Shown here piece after piece: positions 46,591 through 58,613 of a stretch of DNA of 64,000 nucleotides (its first letter is position 1; each line of letters begins with the position of its first letter). A model generated the notes under the pieces. That model was not told the origin of the DNA, did no database searches, and saw only the letters and a list, made by a program, of their open reading frames with translations. The DNA is from Scenedesmus sp. PABB004 (Eukaryota): assembly GCA_014905635.1 (NCBI GenBank), contig JABVCE010000033.1:186001-250000 (forward strand), written 5' to 3'. The position numbers and the translations under genes are program-made.

Positions 46591-47169
46591 GAGGGTCCAG
46601 CGGCACGAGGTTAACCTGTGCTGCGGCCCGTCGGCCAAGGCGCCCGCCGTGCACACACCCGTGCACGCCAGCCAGCTGGGAGCATGGCAGCAGCGCCAGC
46701 GCCAGCGCCAGCGCCAGTCACCTGCGGCCCGCCTGGGAGCTGGGCACGCCCGCAGTGGGGCACAGCGTGGGTTCGTTCGTTCGGGGCCGTCGCCAGCAGC
46801 CCGCAGCAGCCTCGCAGCCTTCAGCACGCAGCACAGCCGCCGCGCAGTCACGCATCGTTCCCGACCAGACGGAACCCTCATTTGTCGATGCCCCCGTGCA
46901 TATATGCGTTGGATCATGGTACACAGGCATACAGGAATGAGTCAGCAGTGCCCGATCGTGCGTTCTACGCTGGCCATGCCAGCTTCCCTTATGCGCCAGT
47001 GCGCAAGCGATTGCCAAAAGCCCGCAGCCGCGGACGCCCAACCAGGGCCCCGCCGTCACTGTACTTGCGAGGTGGCCGTGAAAAGGCAGGCAGCCGCACA
47101 CAGTAGTTGTGGTCACAGCATGCTCTCCCCCCCCCCCCCCCGGCGCGGGCGTTGCGCCGCAGCGCCCGC

Positions 47170-48387
47170 TCAGCCGAGCGCCGCCACGAGGCAGGCCACG
47201 CACACGCCGCACTCGCCGTCGGCGTCCACGATCTGCGTGACGCCCGTGAGGCCGCGGCCGGCGCCCTGGCCGACGCAGTCGTTGGCGCCAAAGGTCTGGA
47301 TGCCAAACGCGGGCCCGTCCTCGCCGCCGAGCAGCACGCGGCCGCCGCTCTCGCCCATGCAGCCCGAGAGCGCGTACGCGACCGGCAGCCCGCCCGCGCC
47401 GCCGTGGGCGTTGAGCGGCGCGGCGCGCGCGGCCGTCGCGTAGCGGCGCTGCTCGTCGACGCCCACGAAGCACCCGCGGTCGTCCCAGGTGCGCGCCGGG
47501 AACCCGTCGAGGTACAGCTCCCCCGGCGGCACGACGGCGGGGAAGATGCTGCCTAGGGCCTGCGGCACGGGCGCCACCGCCTCCGCGCGCGGCGCGCCCG
47601 CGCCGGCGCCCGCGCGCGGGGGCAGCCACGGCTCGACCCGGATGACGGCGCCGTCGTTCGCGCTCGCGAGGCCCTCGAGCCAGCCCGCGGTCGTGATCCA
47701 CGCGCGGAGGCGGAAGCGGCGCCCCGGCAGGCACGCGCGCGACGACGCGTCAAAGCCGCAGCAGAGGCTGCCGGGGCTGCGCGGGTCGAGCTTGTAGTGC
47801 CCCCGCTCCGCGACGCAGTGCCCCGCAGTCACGACTGCGCGGCGCGCGCGCGGCGGGCGGTGCGTGCGGCGCGCGGCGCGTGGGTGGTGCGCGCGGCGCG
47901 CGGCGCGCGGCGCGTGCGACGCGTGCGGCGCGTGCGGGATCTCACCGTGCTGCGGTGAAACGAACCACGCCGTGCAGAGCGCGGGGCCGGCGCGCTGGAA
48001 GTTGACAAACAGGCGGCACGTAGTGTTGCTCGGCGGGGCCGCCTCAAACGGCGGGTCCTCGGGGCACACCGAGGCCGGCGCCGCAGCGCCGGAGCGCGCG
48101 CCGCCGCCGCCATTGCGCGGCAGGGCCTCCAGCGCGGCCAGGACGTCCGGCTCCGGCGGCGCGCGCCACGGCGCGCGCGAGAGGCCGCCGCCCGGCCGAC
48201 TGTCCGGCACGGGCGCCGCCGCCGCGTCAGCGGCGGCCGCCGCGGCGGCGCCGCGCAGGCTGCCCGCCCGGTGAGCTGCCGGCTCGGCCGCCCCGGAGCC
48301 GAGGCAGCGCGGCGCGCCGCGCGCAAGCGGCGCCGCGGCGGCGACGGCCAACAGCAGCAGCAGCGTCACCGGGGCGCGGCGCCGCAT
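47170..48387 (-). CDS. Secreted trypsin-like (clan PA, S1) serine protease, paralog 1
   Basis: Signal peptide VTLLLLLAVAAAA. CTAWFV, VVTAGHC (His), NDGAVIRV (Asp), GCMGESGG (Ser). One intron near 47837-47945. Confidence 0.87.
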   Translation of the reverse strand: MRRRAPVTLLLLLAVAAAAPLARGAPRCLGSGAAEPAAHRAGSLRGAAAAAAADAAAAPVPDSRPGGGLSRAPWRAPPEPDVLAALEALPRNGGGGARSGAAAPASVCPEDPPFEAAPPSNTTCRLFVNFQRAGPALCTAWFVSPQHGEIPHAPHASHAPRAARRAHHPRAARRTHRPPRARRAVVTAGHCVAERGHYKLDPRSPGSLCCGFDASSRACLPGRRFRLRAWITTAGWLEGLASANDGAVIRVEPWLPPRAGAGAGAPRAEAVAPVPQALGSIFPAVVPPGELYLDGFPARTWDDRGCFVGVDEQRRYATAARAAPLNAHGGAGGLPVAYALSGCMGESGGRVLLGGEDGPAFGIQTFGANDCVGQGAGRGLTGVTQIVDADGECGVCVACLVAALG

Positions 48388-49202
48388 CGCAGCGAGCCGG
48401 GTCGCCGGTCCGGTGCGAGCTCAGGACACACACCCTCCTGCGGGGCGCGGCGTGCCGGCGCCCGGATCGGTCGGGCCGGGCCGGGGCGGGCTCGCGAGGG
48501 TGCGCGCATTTCGCCCTGTCGCCCTGGGACGCCAGCGGCGTCGCCGCGCCCCCGCGAGTGCCGCAACCGCACAATGGCACTGTCGGTCGTCCTTCGGCGA
48601 GCGGCGGGGCGCTGCGGGCGCTACGGGCGCTGCGGGCGCTCCGCCGGCGAGTAGCGGCGCCCGGGTCGGGCCGTTCGCGCCGCCGATCGGCGCGTCTGTC
48701 GTGGCGAGGTGGACCGGAACCGCGGTGACCGCGGCGGCGGCGCGGTGCGTTGGTGCGCAGCGGCGGCCGCCGGTGACGCGCGACTGCTCGGCCGCTCGCG
48801 CTCTGCCTCGTCGCGGCCGCGTCCAGCGGCGGTGGGACTCAGCTGCATCGCGTTGCAGCGCCGCGGGCGCGCCCCCGCGCCCGCCCGAACCAGATAAGCT
48901 GCTCGACAGCATCACGTCACCCGCGCGCCGCCGCCGCTCGCGGCGCGGGCGGCGGCGCCGGCCCGCGACGAAATAGGGTGTACCGGATGTACCACAAAAT
49001 CAAAAAGATACTTGAGCTGGCGCGTCAAACGACGCTCACGCGCGTCGGCGCGCGCTGCAATGCGTCGGCGCGCGCGCGGCGCGCCGGCGGGCTGGCGCCC
49101 GCCCGCGGGCAGTGGCAGTCCTGCGGTGCCGTCATTTAGAAAGCCCGCCGCAGCTCCAGCGAGGGAGGGAAAAGGCGCTGCGTGTCGAACGCGGCGCGGC
49201 GC

Positions 49203-50859
49203 TCACGGCGCGGCCGACGCCTCCGTCACCACCGCGGCCGCGCTGCGCGCCGCCGGCGGCGCGGGCGACGGGCTCGCCGGCGCCGGCGACGGCGACGGCG
49301 AGCCCGCGTCGGCGGCCGGCGGGCTGACCGCCGCCTGCAGGCACGGCAGGCACACGCCGCACGCGGTCGCCGTCGTCGTGACCTGCGTCACGCCCGACGA
49401 GCCGCGGCCGTCGATGCAAATGGTGAAGCCGTACGTCTGCAGCCCGTACACCGTGCCGCGCGGCCCGCCGCGCATGACGCGGCCGCCGCTCTCGCCCATG
49501 CAGCCCGCGAGCTGCAGGTCGACGGGCCTGCCGTCGACGCCGCCGCTCGGGTTCGTCGGCGCGACGCGCGCGGCGGTGAAGTAGCGGCGCGTGATGTTGT
49601 TCCCAGTGCACCCCGTGTCGCTCGCGTCATTGCCGGGGTAGCCGTCAAGGTAGGCCTTGTGCTCAGGCACCTGCGGCACCCAACAGCAGCGGCGGCGGCG
49701 GCGGCGTGCGTTCAGAGAGTGCGTCGACGGCGCCGCGGCTGGCCCACGGGCGGGCGGCGATGGGCGTCGAGGCGCTGCCGGCGGCGCGGGGCGGGCGCGC
49801 GGGCCGCCGCGGTCGACGCGGCCGCCGCCGCGGGGCGCACCGGGCGGGGGTAGAAGCTGCGGATCTCCGAGGGCTCGCCCGGCTGGTAGCCGGTCTCCAT
49901 GTAGGGCTCGACCTCGAGCACCGAGCCGTCGTTGGTCTCCATGTTGTCTGCAGGGCAGAGGCGGCGGGGCGGCGCGTCGGCGGCGCGTCGGCGCGTGGTG
50001 CGGCGCGGGCGCGGGCGCGGCGGCGTGCGGCGTGCGGCGGCGCGGCGCGCTCACTCGCGAGGAAGCCGACGGAGGTGACCCAGCGCTTGATGCGCCAGCT
50101 CGCGGGCCGGCGGCACGCGGTCGCGTTCTTGAAGTTGCAGCACATCATGCCCGGGTCGTCGACGTCCAGCATGTAGCGCCCCTCGCTCGCGACGCAGTGC
50201 CCCGCGCTCACGACTGCGCGGCGGTGCGGTGCGGTGCGCGTGGGCGGCGGCACGCGTGGGCGGCGTGCGGCGGCAACGGCGCGCGCGCGCAGGCTCGAGC
50301 GGCACGCGGGCGCGAGCTCGGGCAGCACGCTGGCGCTGGCGCTGCGGCGCGCACCGTGGCGCGGGCCCATGAACCAGGCTGTGCAGAGGTAGCTGCTGAT
50401 GCTGCCGCCGGTGCGGAAGTTGACAAAGAGGCGGCACGTGGTGCGGCTGGGGCTGGTCGGCACAAAGGGCGGGTCGCTCGGGCAGATGGACGCCGGCGTT
50501 GCGACCGCGTCCTCGGCGCCGCTGCTCGCCGCGGGGAGCCCAGAGGGCGACCGCCGGCGCGGGCGCGGGATGGCGGTCGCGCCCTTGGGCAGCAGCACGG
50601 CGTCGTCGTCCTCGCCCGGCCCGCGCGGCCGGCCGCCGGCGGCCGCCGCGGCCGCGGCGCGCGCGGGGCTGGCGTAGTCGCTCGCCGTCACGGGCGTGGC
50701 CGCCCAGCTGCCGTCGCAGCCGGCCAACAGCTGCACCTGCGCCAGCCGCCGCGCGCGGCGGGCGCCGAGGCTGCCCGGCCGCGCATGCAGGCAGCTGGCC
50801 TGCAGGCACAGCCACAGCGCCAGCGCTGCCAGCTGCGCGCTGCGCCGCCGCTGGCCCAT
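49203..50859 (-). CDS. Secreted trypsin-like (clan PA, S1) serine protease, paralog 2
   Basis: Signal peptide LAALALWLCLQA. CTAWFM, VVSAGHC, NDGSVLEV, YLDGYPG, GCMGESGG. Pro/Ser-rich tail. Confidence 0.87.
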
Positions 50860-51568
50860 GGTCGGGCCTGTGTGTCCGCCGGCGGTCGGCGAGGGAGCCG
50901 CGGGCTCGCCGAGCGCCGCGCGTCGCCTGCGCAGCAGCGGCGAGGGCGGCGCCGGGGGTTACGATCGCCGCGGCGGCGCGCAGGATGGCGCGGTGGCACC
51001 GGCCGAGCTCCATGAGCTCGTAGCCGCGCCGCGCCGCGCGCGCGTGGCCCGCACGCGGCGTGGGGCTGCGTGTTCTGGCGTGCTGCGGCAGCGCGGTGCC
51101 GGACCGCCCGCGGCGCTGCGCGGCTCAGCCGCCGGCTGGGAGCCCACAGGCGCTATGCCGGACGCCGCGCCGCTGCTGCTGCGCGGGCGCGGGGGGTGCG
51201 GCCATCGCGGCTGGCCCGCGCCGCGCCGTGTGACCCCGCCTCCGGCGGCGCGCCGCACCTTCGCGTTTGTCGATCTGGCGGCGAGCTCCTGCCGAGTACT
51301 GGCGCGCGCTGCTGTTGGGCGAGGCGGGCTGCTGCCTGAGGGTGCGCGTCAGCTGCGGAGCTGCTGCGAGTGCGTGGATGACGCGCGTGCTGGTCTGCGA
51401 GACTGGAGCGACGGTCTGGTGGCAGCGCGAGCCCGCGGCGGGTACACTTGCCGCTTTCAGGAAGCTCGGCGGGCATCGACTTCCGCGCCGGTTCGCTCGC
51501 GGGCGTGAAACACTCCAGATAAGAGCACGGTGAGCACGTCCGGCAGGTCCTCCGAGCTCTCCTGGTCC

Positions 51569-52852
51569 TCACTCCAGCTGGAGCACCTTGAGCACGGCCG
51601 GCAGGTCTGCCAAGCTCTCCAGCACCGCCAGCCGCCCCGGCGGCGCGCCGGCGGCGGCGGCCTCGAGCTCCGCCCGCGAGCAGACGCCCGTGGTGACGCC
51701 GACCGCGACCGCGCCCGCCGCGAGCGCCGCCCGCACGTCCGCCGGAGTATCGCCGACGTGGTACCTGGCCTGGACGCCGCCTGCGCGGCGGCGGGCGCAG
51801 CGGCCGGTGGCCAGCTGCGGGCTGGGGAGGCGGGACCCGCGCCGCGCGCCCGCGCGCACCTGGGAACCTCGCCGCCGCGCGCTCGCCCGCGAGCTTCACA
51901 AACTCGGCGCGATCGCGCCACATCTCGGCCGTGTTGCCGCTGCAGACGTCGCTGCCAAAGCCGCCAAACGGCGGCTGCGAGAACAGGTGCTCCAGCCCCA
52001 GCGCCCGCATCTTGCCCCAGCCAATGGGCTCGAGGTTGCCCGTGACGAGGCACGTGACGACGCGGTCGCCCCGCGCCGCGAGCGCCTCGAGCAGCGCGCG
52101 CACGCCCGGGAGCAGCGCGAGGCCGAGCCCCGCGCGCTGCGCCGCGTGCGCGGCAAAGTGGCGAGCCATTGCCGCCTCCACCGCCTTGAGCCGCGCCTCG
52201 GCCTCGGCCCGCGGCACGCCGCAGTGCTGCAGCACCGCGAGCGCGATGAGCGGGTCGGTGCCGCCGTGGTGGGGGATCACGTCTGCGCCGCGCGGCGCGC
52301 GTGAGCGGCGGCTCAGCGGCGGCTCGGCGGCGGCGCCGCTGCCGCGCGCGTGCAAGGACTGCTGCGCGGGCACGAGGGGTGCGGGCGCGGCGCGGGCGCG
52401 CGCGCACCGATGTTGGTGTCGAGGCCAAAGACCTCGAGGAAGGCGGCCGAGAAGGCCTCCTTGTGCAGGCGGTTGGCATCCGGGCCGACCGAGTGAATGA
52501 GCGTGCCGTCGACGTCTGCGTCAGGGTTTGGGTTGTTAAGGCGGGAGAGGGCGGCGGTCGGCGGCGCCGCCGGGCGCGTGCTCGCACGCGCGCTCCGCCA
52601 GGATGGAGGGGCAGCAGGGCGGTGGTGGGCGTCCTGCGCTCGCTCACCGAAGCTGACCAGCGTGACGGGCTGCGCGGCCGGCGCGGCGGCCTGGCCTTCC
52701 TTGACGGTCATCGCTGCCGGGGCGACGCCGGCGCGGCGCCGGACGCGGGCGCAACGCCCCGCTGGCAGCGGCGGACGCGCGCGAGCAGCGGCGGCACCGG
52801 CGGGCGCGGCGGCGGGGCGCGGTGGCGTTGCCCGGCGGCCTGGAGCGTGCAT
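51569..52852 (-). CDS. HAD-superfamily hydrolase (phosphoglycolate phosphatase-like), likely plastid-targeted
   Basis: LVSF|DVDGTL (motif I), HHGGTDPLI, LVTGN (II), GFGSD, HVGDTPADV (IV). Start at 52852 (transit peptide) or 52711. Confidence 0.92.
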
Positions 52853-53174
52853 GGCAGGCGGGGGCGGCGGTGTGGCAGGCGGAAGGGGAGGCGGCAGCTC
52901 AGGGCGGCGCGCGGCGTCGCCGAAAGCGCACGCTGCCGAGAACCCCGGTGCCTCCTGGGTTGCCGAGACGACTTCCCGAATGCATTGCCCAGTCGCGGCG
53001 CTCTGACGCGCATTCTCATAAGCCCACAGGCCCCGCGCCGAGCGGCTGCGCCAGCAACAGCAGCAGCGGCCGCGCCGCGCCGGCGCACGGCCGGCGCAGC
53101 AGCCTGCGCCCCTGCGCCCCCGCATGCGCTAGCGCATCGGGCGGCCGCCCAGCGCGGCGGGCGGTGCGCCCGAG

Positions 53175-56100
53175 ATGGAGGCGCCGCCGGCGGCCGTGCT
53201 GCGCGGCGTGCCGCTGGTCCAGGGGCACCTGCCCTGGGCGCTGGCGCCGGGGCAGAGCCTGGTGCTCGGGCGCGGCCCCTCGACCGCCATCACGCGCAAG
53301 TCTGTGAGCCGGAGGCATGTGCAGCTCGTCTGCGCCGCGACGCCCGGCGGCGGGCTCGCGGCCGCTGCCACCGCGGCGGCGGCGTTTGAGTACGTGCGCG
53401 ACGGGCAGGCGCACGCCGTGGGGGCGGGCCAGACGGTGCAGGTGCGCGGCGGCGGCGCGCGCGGGCGCGCGCGGGCGCTGCAGCGCCGCGCGGCGCCAGC
53501 ACAGCACACGCGCGCGCTCACACGAGCGGCGCGCGCCCGCAGCTGCTCCCCGGCGACCTGATCTACCTCTCCCGGTGCCAGGCCGAGGTGTACGCGGGGT
53601 ACAAGCTCAAGCGCAGCAGCAGCGCCGCGCCTCCCGCCCCGCCCGCCGCTGGCGCCGCTGCGCCGCCCGCGGTGGCGACGCCCGGCCGGCGCGCGGGCGG
53701 CAGCCCCGCCGCTGCCGGCCAGCAGCAGCAGCAGGAGGCGGCAGGCGGTGCGGCGGCGGGGGCCAGCCCCGCCGTGGCGGCGGCGGCGGCGGCTGCCGCC
53801 GGCGGACTGGACAGGGCCGGCAGCGGCGGCCGCCCGCCCGTCTTTGCGGGCGTGCGGCTTGCGGTCTGGGACAAGCACCACACCAGCCGGGCCGTGGGCC
53901 TCGCGGTCGACGAGGGCGCGTGCCTGCTGCCCTGGCTGGACGCCTCGGCCACGCACGTCATCGCCAGGTCAGCGCCTGCGCCTCTGCCGCGCCGCCGCGC
54001 GGAGCCGCTCCGCGCCGCGTCGCGCCGTGGCTGCCCCGCCGCCGACGCGCCCGCGCCGGCCTGCCGCGTCTGCGCCCCGCAGGCACGAGATGACCTCGGA
54101 CGACGTGCAGCGGCACCTCGCTGCGGACGCGGAGCGCGCGCAGGGCCAGCAGTGGCCGCGCGGCGGCGGCGGCTTACCGGCTGCGCCGCCGGCGGCGGGG
54201 GGCGCGCCGGCGGTCGAGGTGGCAGCCCAGTCGCCGCGCGCGCTGCAGCAGGCCGTGACGCGCAAGCTTCAGTTCACGCCCGCGGACGCGGCCGCGGCGC
54301 CGGCGTCGCCCGGGGGCGCGCTGCGCGGCTGCAGCCAGGACGAGGGCGACGCCCTGCTACCGCAGGGCATGCACTTTGTGTGCGCGCGCTGGCTGTCGGA
54401 CAGCCTCCGCGCCGGCGCACTGCTGCCCGAGCGACCTTACCTCGTGCAGCTGCAGCTGCAGCAGTCCCCGGGCGCAGACGGCGCCGCGTTCGCGGGCGCG
54501 GGCGCTGCGGCGGGCGCCGAGCAGCTGCCGAGCCCCGCGCCGGCGGCCGCTGTGCGGCCGGGGGCGGCGGCGCGCGGCGCGGCGCAGGAGGGAGCGCAGC
54601 GCCAGCAGGAGGCGGTGGCCGGGGGGAGCCAGGCGGGCTGGGCTTGGCACTCTCAACAGCAGGACGGTCCGCGGCTGCGGCTCAGCGACGGCGAGGCGAG
54701 CAGCGGCGGCGAGGGCTCCGACGACGCGGCGCCCGGCGGCTCGCAGCTGACGCTGGCGCAGCGCCGCGCGGCCATCGCCGCGCAGCGGGCGGCCGCCCGG
54801 CAGGCGGCTGCGGCTGCGGGCGCGGCCGTCGTTCCGCCGAGCGCGCCGCTGCTGTCGCCTAAGCAGCCGGCAGCCGCGCCGCCGCTGGCGCAGCAGCTGC
54901 AGGGTGTCGTGCTGCCGCGCCCGGACCAGGTTCGGCGGCCCGGCGAGCCCTGGGGCACCGGCGGGCGCTGGATTGAGCCCTGGGACGAGGAGGCGGCGCT
55001 GCGCACCGTGGACCGACTGCTGGAGCACTGGGCCGGGTGGGTGCTGCACGCACGGGCGCGGGCGGGCGCCGCCGACGGGGACCTGGGCCGCGGTGCGCAT
55101 TGCTGAGAGGCTGCCCCCGCCGCCGGCCCGCAGCTCGCGGCACCGGCGCAAGGAGAAGGTGGCGGCCCGCGCGGCGGCGGCCGCCGCTGCGGACGCGGCG
55201 CTCGCCGCGCGCGGGGGCGGCGACGCGCCCCGCAAGCGCTTGCTGGAGGGCTCTGCGGACGACACCCCCAGCGGGAGCAGCGACGACGACGACAGCGACG
55301 ACGGCGGTGGCGGCGGCGCCGCCGCCGCGCCCGCGGCCGCGCCGGCAGCAGGCTGCCAGCTCGGGCACATTGCCTGCGGGCGGCAGCGGGTTTGCTTTGT
55401 GGAGCAGATGCAGCGCGTCATCGACAGCTGCTACGGCAACTCAAACCAGAAGCAGTTCCAGTGAGCGCGGCGGGCGCGCGCGTGTCCCCCGCCGCCGCCG
55501 CCGCGGCCGCCGCCGCTGCACGACTCAACGCCGCGCCGGCGCGCCGCCCCGCAGGATCAAGGCCGCGCGCGTGGCGCTGCGCGCGCTGGAGCAGATGGAC
55601 AAGCCTATCGAGGGCCACCAGGCGCGGCGCGGCGGGGGACGGGCCGTTGGCCGCCGCGCCCTCGCCCTTGCCCGCCGCCGCCGCCGCCGCCGCCGCACCC
55701 GCCGCACCCGCCGCCGCCGCACCCGCCGCCGCCGCACCCGCCGCCGCCGCCGCCTCAGGGCGCTGCGCCTGACGCCGCCGCCGCCGCGGCCGCCGCGACC
55801 CGGTGCGCAGGACATTCACGACATGCGGCTGGGCCCCAAGACCACCGCCAAGCTGCTGGAAATCTTTGACACCGGCCGCGTCGGGCGCGCAGAGGCGCGC
55901 GAGGCCAGCGCCGAGGCGCGCGCGCTGGGGATCTTCCAGCAGGTCTGGGGCGTCGCGGCGGAGACGGCGCGCGGCTGGTACTGCAAGCACGGCGCGCGCA
56001 GCCTCGACGACGTGCGCGCCGCGGCCGCCGCGGGCACGCTCGCCCTCACGTCGATGCAGGTGCGCCCGCCGCGGCGGCGGCCCGCGGCCCCGCCCGTCCG

Positions 56101-57886
56101 AGCGCACCGCCCGCCCGCAGGGCCGCCGCCGCGTCCGTCGGCGCGACCCCGTGTTGCGTTGCGCTGACCGCCCGCCGGCCGCCGCGGCGCAGGAGGCGGG
56201 GCTGAAGTACTTTGATGACTTCCTGTGCCGCATCCCCCGTGCCGAGGTGGCCGAGGCGGAGCGCATCGTCGCCGAGGCTGCGGCCGACGCGCTGCGGGTG
56301 GGCGGCCGGCGCGGTGGCGCGCGCGGCGCGGCGCCGCCGCGGCGGCGCGCCCCGCGGGGCGCGTCCGAGTCACCCCGCTGCCGCGCCCGGCCCGCGCCCG
56401 CCGCCGCCGCCGCCGCGCCGCGCAGGGCCTCGCGCCCGGCCGCGGCGCCGGTGAGGTGGCGGAGCAGCTGCACGTGCGCGCCATGGGCAGCTACCTGCGC
56501 GGCAAGCCCGACTGCGGTGCGCGCGCGCGGCGCTGGACCGGGCGCGGGCGCGCGGGCAGGGTGCGGGGGTGCGGGCGTGCGCGCGGGCGCGGGCGCGGGT
56601 GCGAGGGGCGAGAGCTCGCGCTCCCCGGGCCACCGCGCGCAGCCGCCGCCCTGCGCGCCCTGGGCCCTGACGCCGCTGCGCGCCGTTGAGCCCTGCTGAC
56701 CCCTGAGCCCTGAGCCCTGAGCCCTGAACCGCCCCGCCGCCGCCGCAGGCGACATCGACATCATCATCAGCCCCGACCCCGCCGCCGGCCTCGGCAGCGG
56801 CCCGCTGCTCGTGGCGACGCTCAAGTGGCTCGGCAGGCACGGGCACATCACGCAGGCGCGCCGCCGCGCCCGCCGCGCCCGCCGCGCCCGCCGCGCCCGC
56901 CGCGCCCGCCGCGCCCGCCGCGCCCGCCGCGCTGCCGCCGCGCTGCGCTGCGGCCCCGCGCGCCCCCCACTCCGCACCCCACGCCCGCCGCGCCGCACGC
57001 GACCGCACCGCGGGGGCGTGCCGCGCACACGCGCCTCTGCGCCGCCCCCGTCCCTCTCTCCCCCACCCAACCCTCGCCCAACCCTCGCCCAACCCTCGCC
57101 CTGCAGGACATGCTGCCGCTGGACCACAAGCGCGCGACGCGCGGCCCCAACGAGCCCAGCACCTGGTCGGGCGTGTACCGCGGCCCGAGCAGCCCCTGCC
57201 ACAGGCGCGGACGCGGGCCCTGCCACAGGCGCTCACACTCACACGCTCACCTCTCCGCACACGCTCACACGCTCACACACACTCACACACACACTTGCAC
57301 GCTCATCATCAACACACACACACACACACGCTCAACATCATCAAATCATCAGCACATCACGCACACACACACACACACACACACACGCAGGCGCATCGAC
57401 ATCAAGTTCTACCACCGCACCCAGCTCGCGTGCGCCGTCAACTACTTCTCGAGCGGCCAGGACATGTGCCGCGCGCTGCGGTACGCGCGGCGGCACACGG
57501 GACACGCGCGGCGCGCGGCGCGCGGCGGCAGGCGGGGCGCGTCCGCGCCCGCCCACGCGCGCCGCCGCGGCCGCGGCGCAGCCACTGGGGCAACTCTCCG
57601 AGGCCCGAGGTCGCCGCCGCCGCGGCGCGGCTCAACCCGGAGGGCAACGCCTTCCGGCTCGGCGACCAGGAGCTGGTGCGAGGCGCGCGCCGGGGCAGGG
57701 GGGCGGCGCCGCCGCCGCGCGCCAGCCGGCGGGCGCCCCGCGGCCGCGCCGGCGTCGCCGCCGCCGGCCCCAACCGGCCGGCCGCTGTGTGTGCCCGCGC
57801 CGCCGCCAGGTGGTCATCCGCCGGGAGTTCCTCACGCGGCCGAAGACCAAACGCCGGCGCGGCGGCGGGCGCGGCGGGCGCGGCGA

Positions 57887-57918
<32 letters not shown>

Positions 57919-58145
57919 ATGGCGGCGGCGGCCCGCGCGGCGACGGCGACGGCGACGGCGCGCCGCCGGTCGTCGCGCCGCTGGCCAAGGTCGGCGACAC
58001 CCGCAACGCCCTGTCGGGCAAGTCCAGCACGGTGATGGAGAGGCTCGTCGGCCCCGCGATTCGCTGCGAGTGTGAGACGGACATCTTCCGCGCGCTCGGG
58101 CTGGACTACGTCCCGCCGCACATGCGCGGGCTGCTGCAGGGCTGA
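53175..58145 (+). CDS. POLL: X-family DNA polymerase (Pol lambda-like) with N-terminal FHA and BRCT domains
   Basis: FHA: LVLGRGP...SVSRRHVQL. BRCT: FAGVRL...ATHVIA...FVCARWLSDSL. PolX: LGPKTTAKLLEI, FQQVWGV, GLKYFDDF..RIPRAEV, GSYLRGKPDC|GDIDII, RRIDIK, ETDIFRALGLDYVPPHMR. Confidence 0.9.
56697..56729 (+). repeat. (CCCTGAG)n heptamer repeat, degenerate telomere-like, in a PolX intron
   Basis: ccctgagccctgagccctgagccctgaacc just upstream of the acceptor at 56748. Confidence 0.75.
56862..56930 (+). repeat. (CGCCGCGCC)n 9-mer tandem repeat in a PolX intron
   Basis: About seven adjacent units read directly. Confidence 0.85.
57232..57387 (+). repeat. CA-rich / (CA)n microsatellite filling a PolX intron
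   Basis: Extended ACAC runs, compositionally unlike the surrounding DNA. Confidence 0.9.
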
Positions 58146-58613
58146 GCGGGCGCGGGAGCGGCGAGGCGGCGCGCGAGGCGGCGCGCGTGAGTGCGGGGAG
58201 GGGTCCAGCAGGATGGAGGCAGGATGACAGCAGTTGGCAGCGGTTGACGCGGGGCGGCGCTCGGCGGTGGGCGGCGGCGCTCGGCGGCGCGCGCGGGGCG
58301 GTTTTGCGCGCGCCGGCGCCTCGCAACGTTCCCTCTGAACGAGACCGTTCGAGCCACTGTCGGTACTAGCAGCCCCGAGGCCAGACAGGGCAGCAGTCCT
58401 GCTGCAGCCCGCAGCAGCAGCAGCGGAGATGGGCGCGCCGCCGCCGCAGCATGTTGCCGGCGATCTGCGGCGCGGCAGCGCGTGAGGCGTCGCTTATGGT
58501 CGTCGTGTGCGGGCGCAAGTGAGCTCACGGCGCGCCGGCTGGGCGCACGGCCGTGCCGGCATCGACGCTCGCCAACCCTCTCGCCCCCCGGCCTGCGCAG
58601 GCTTGCAGGGAGC

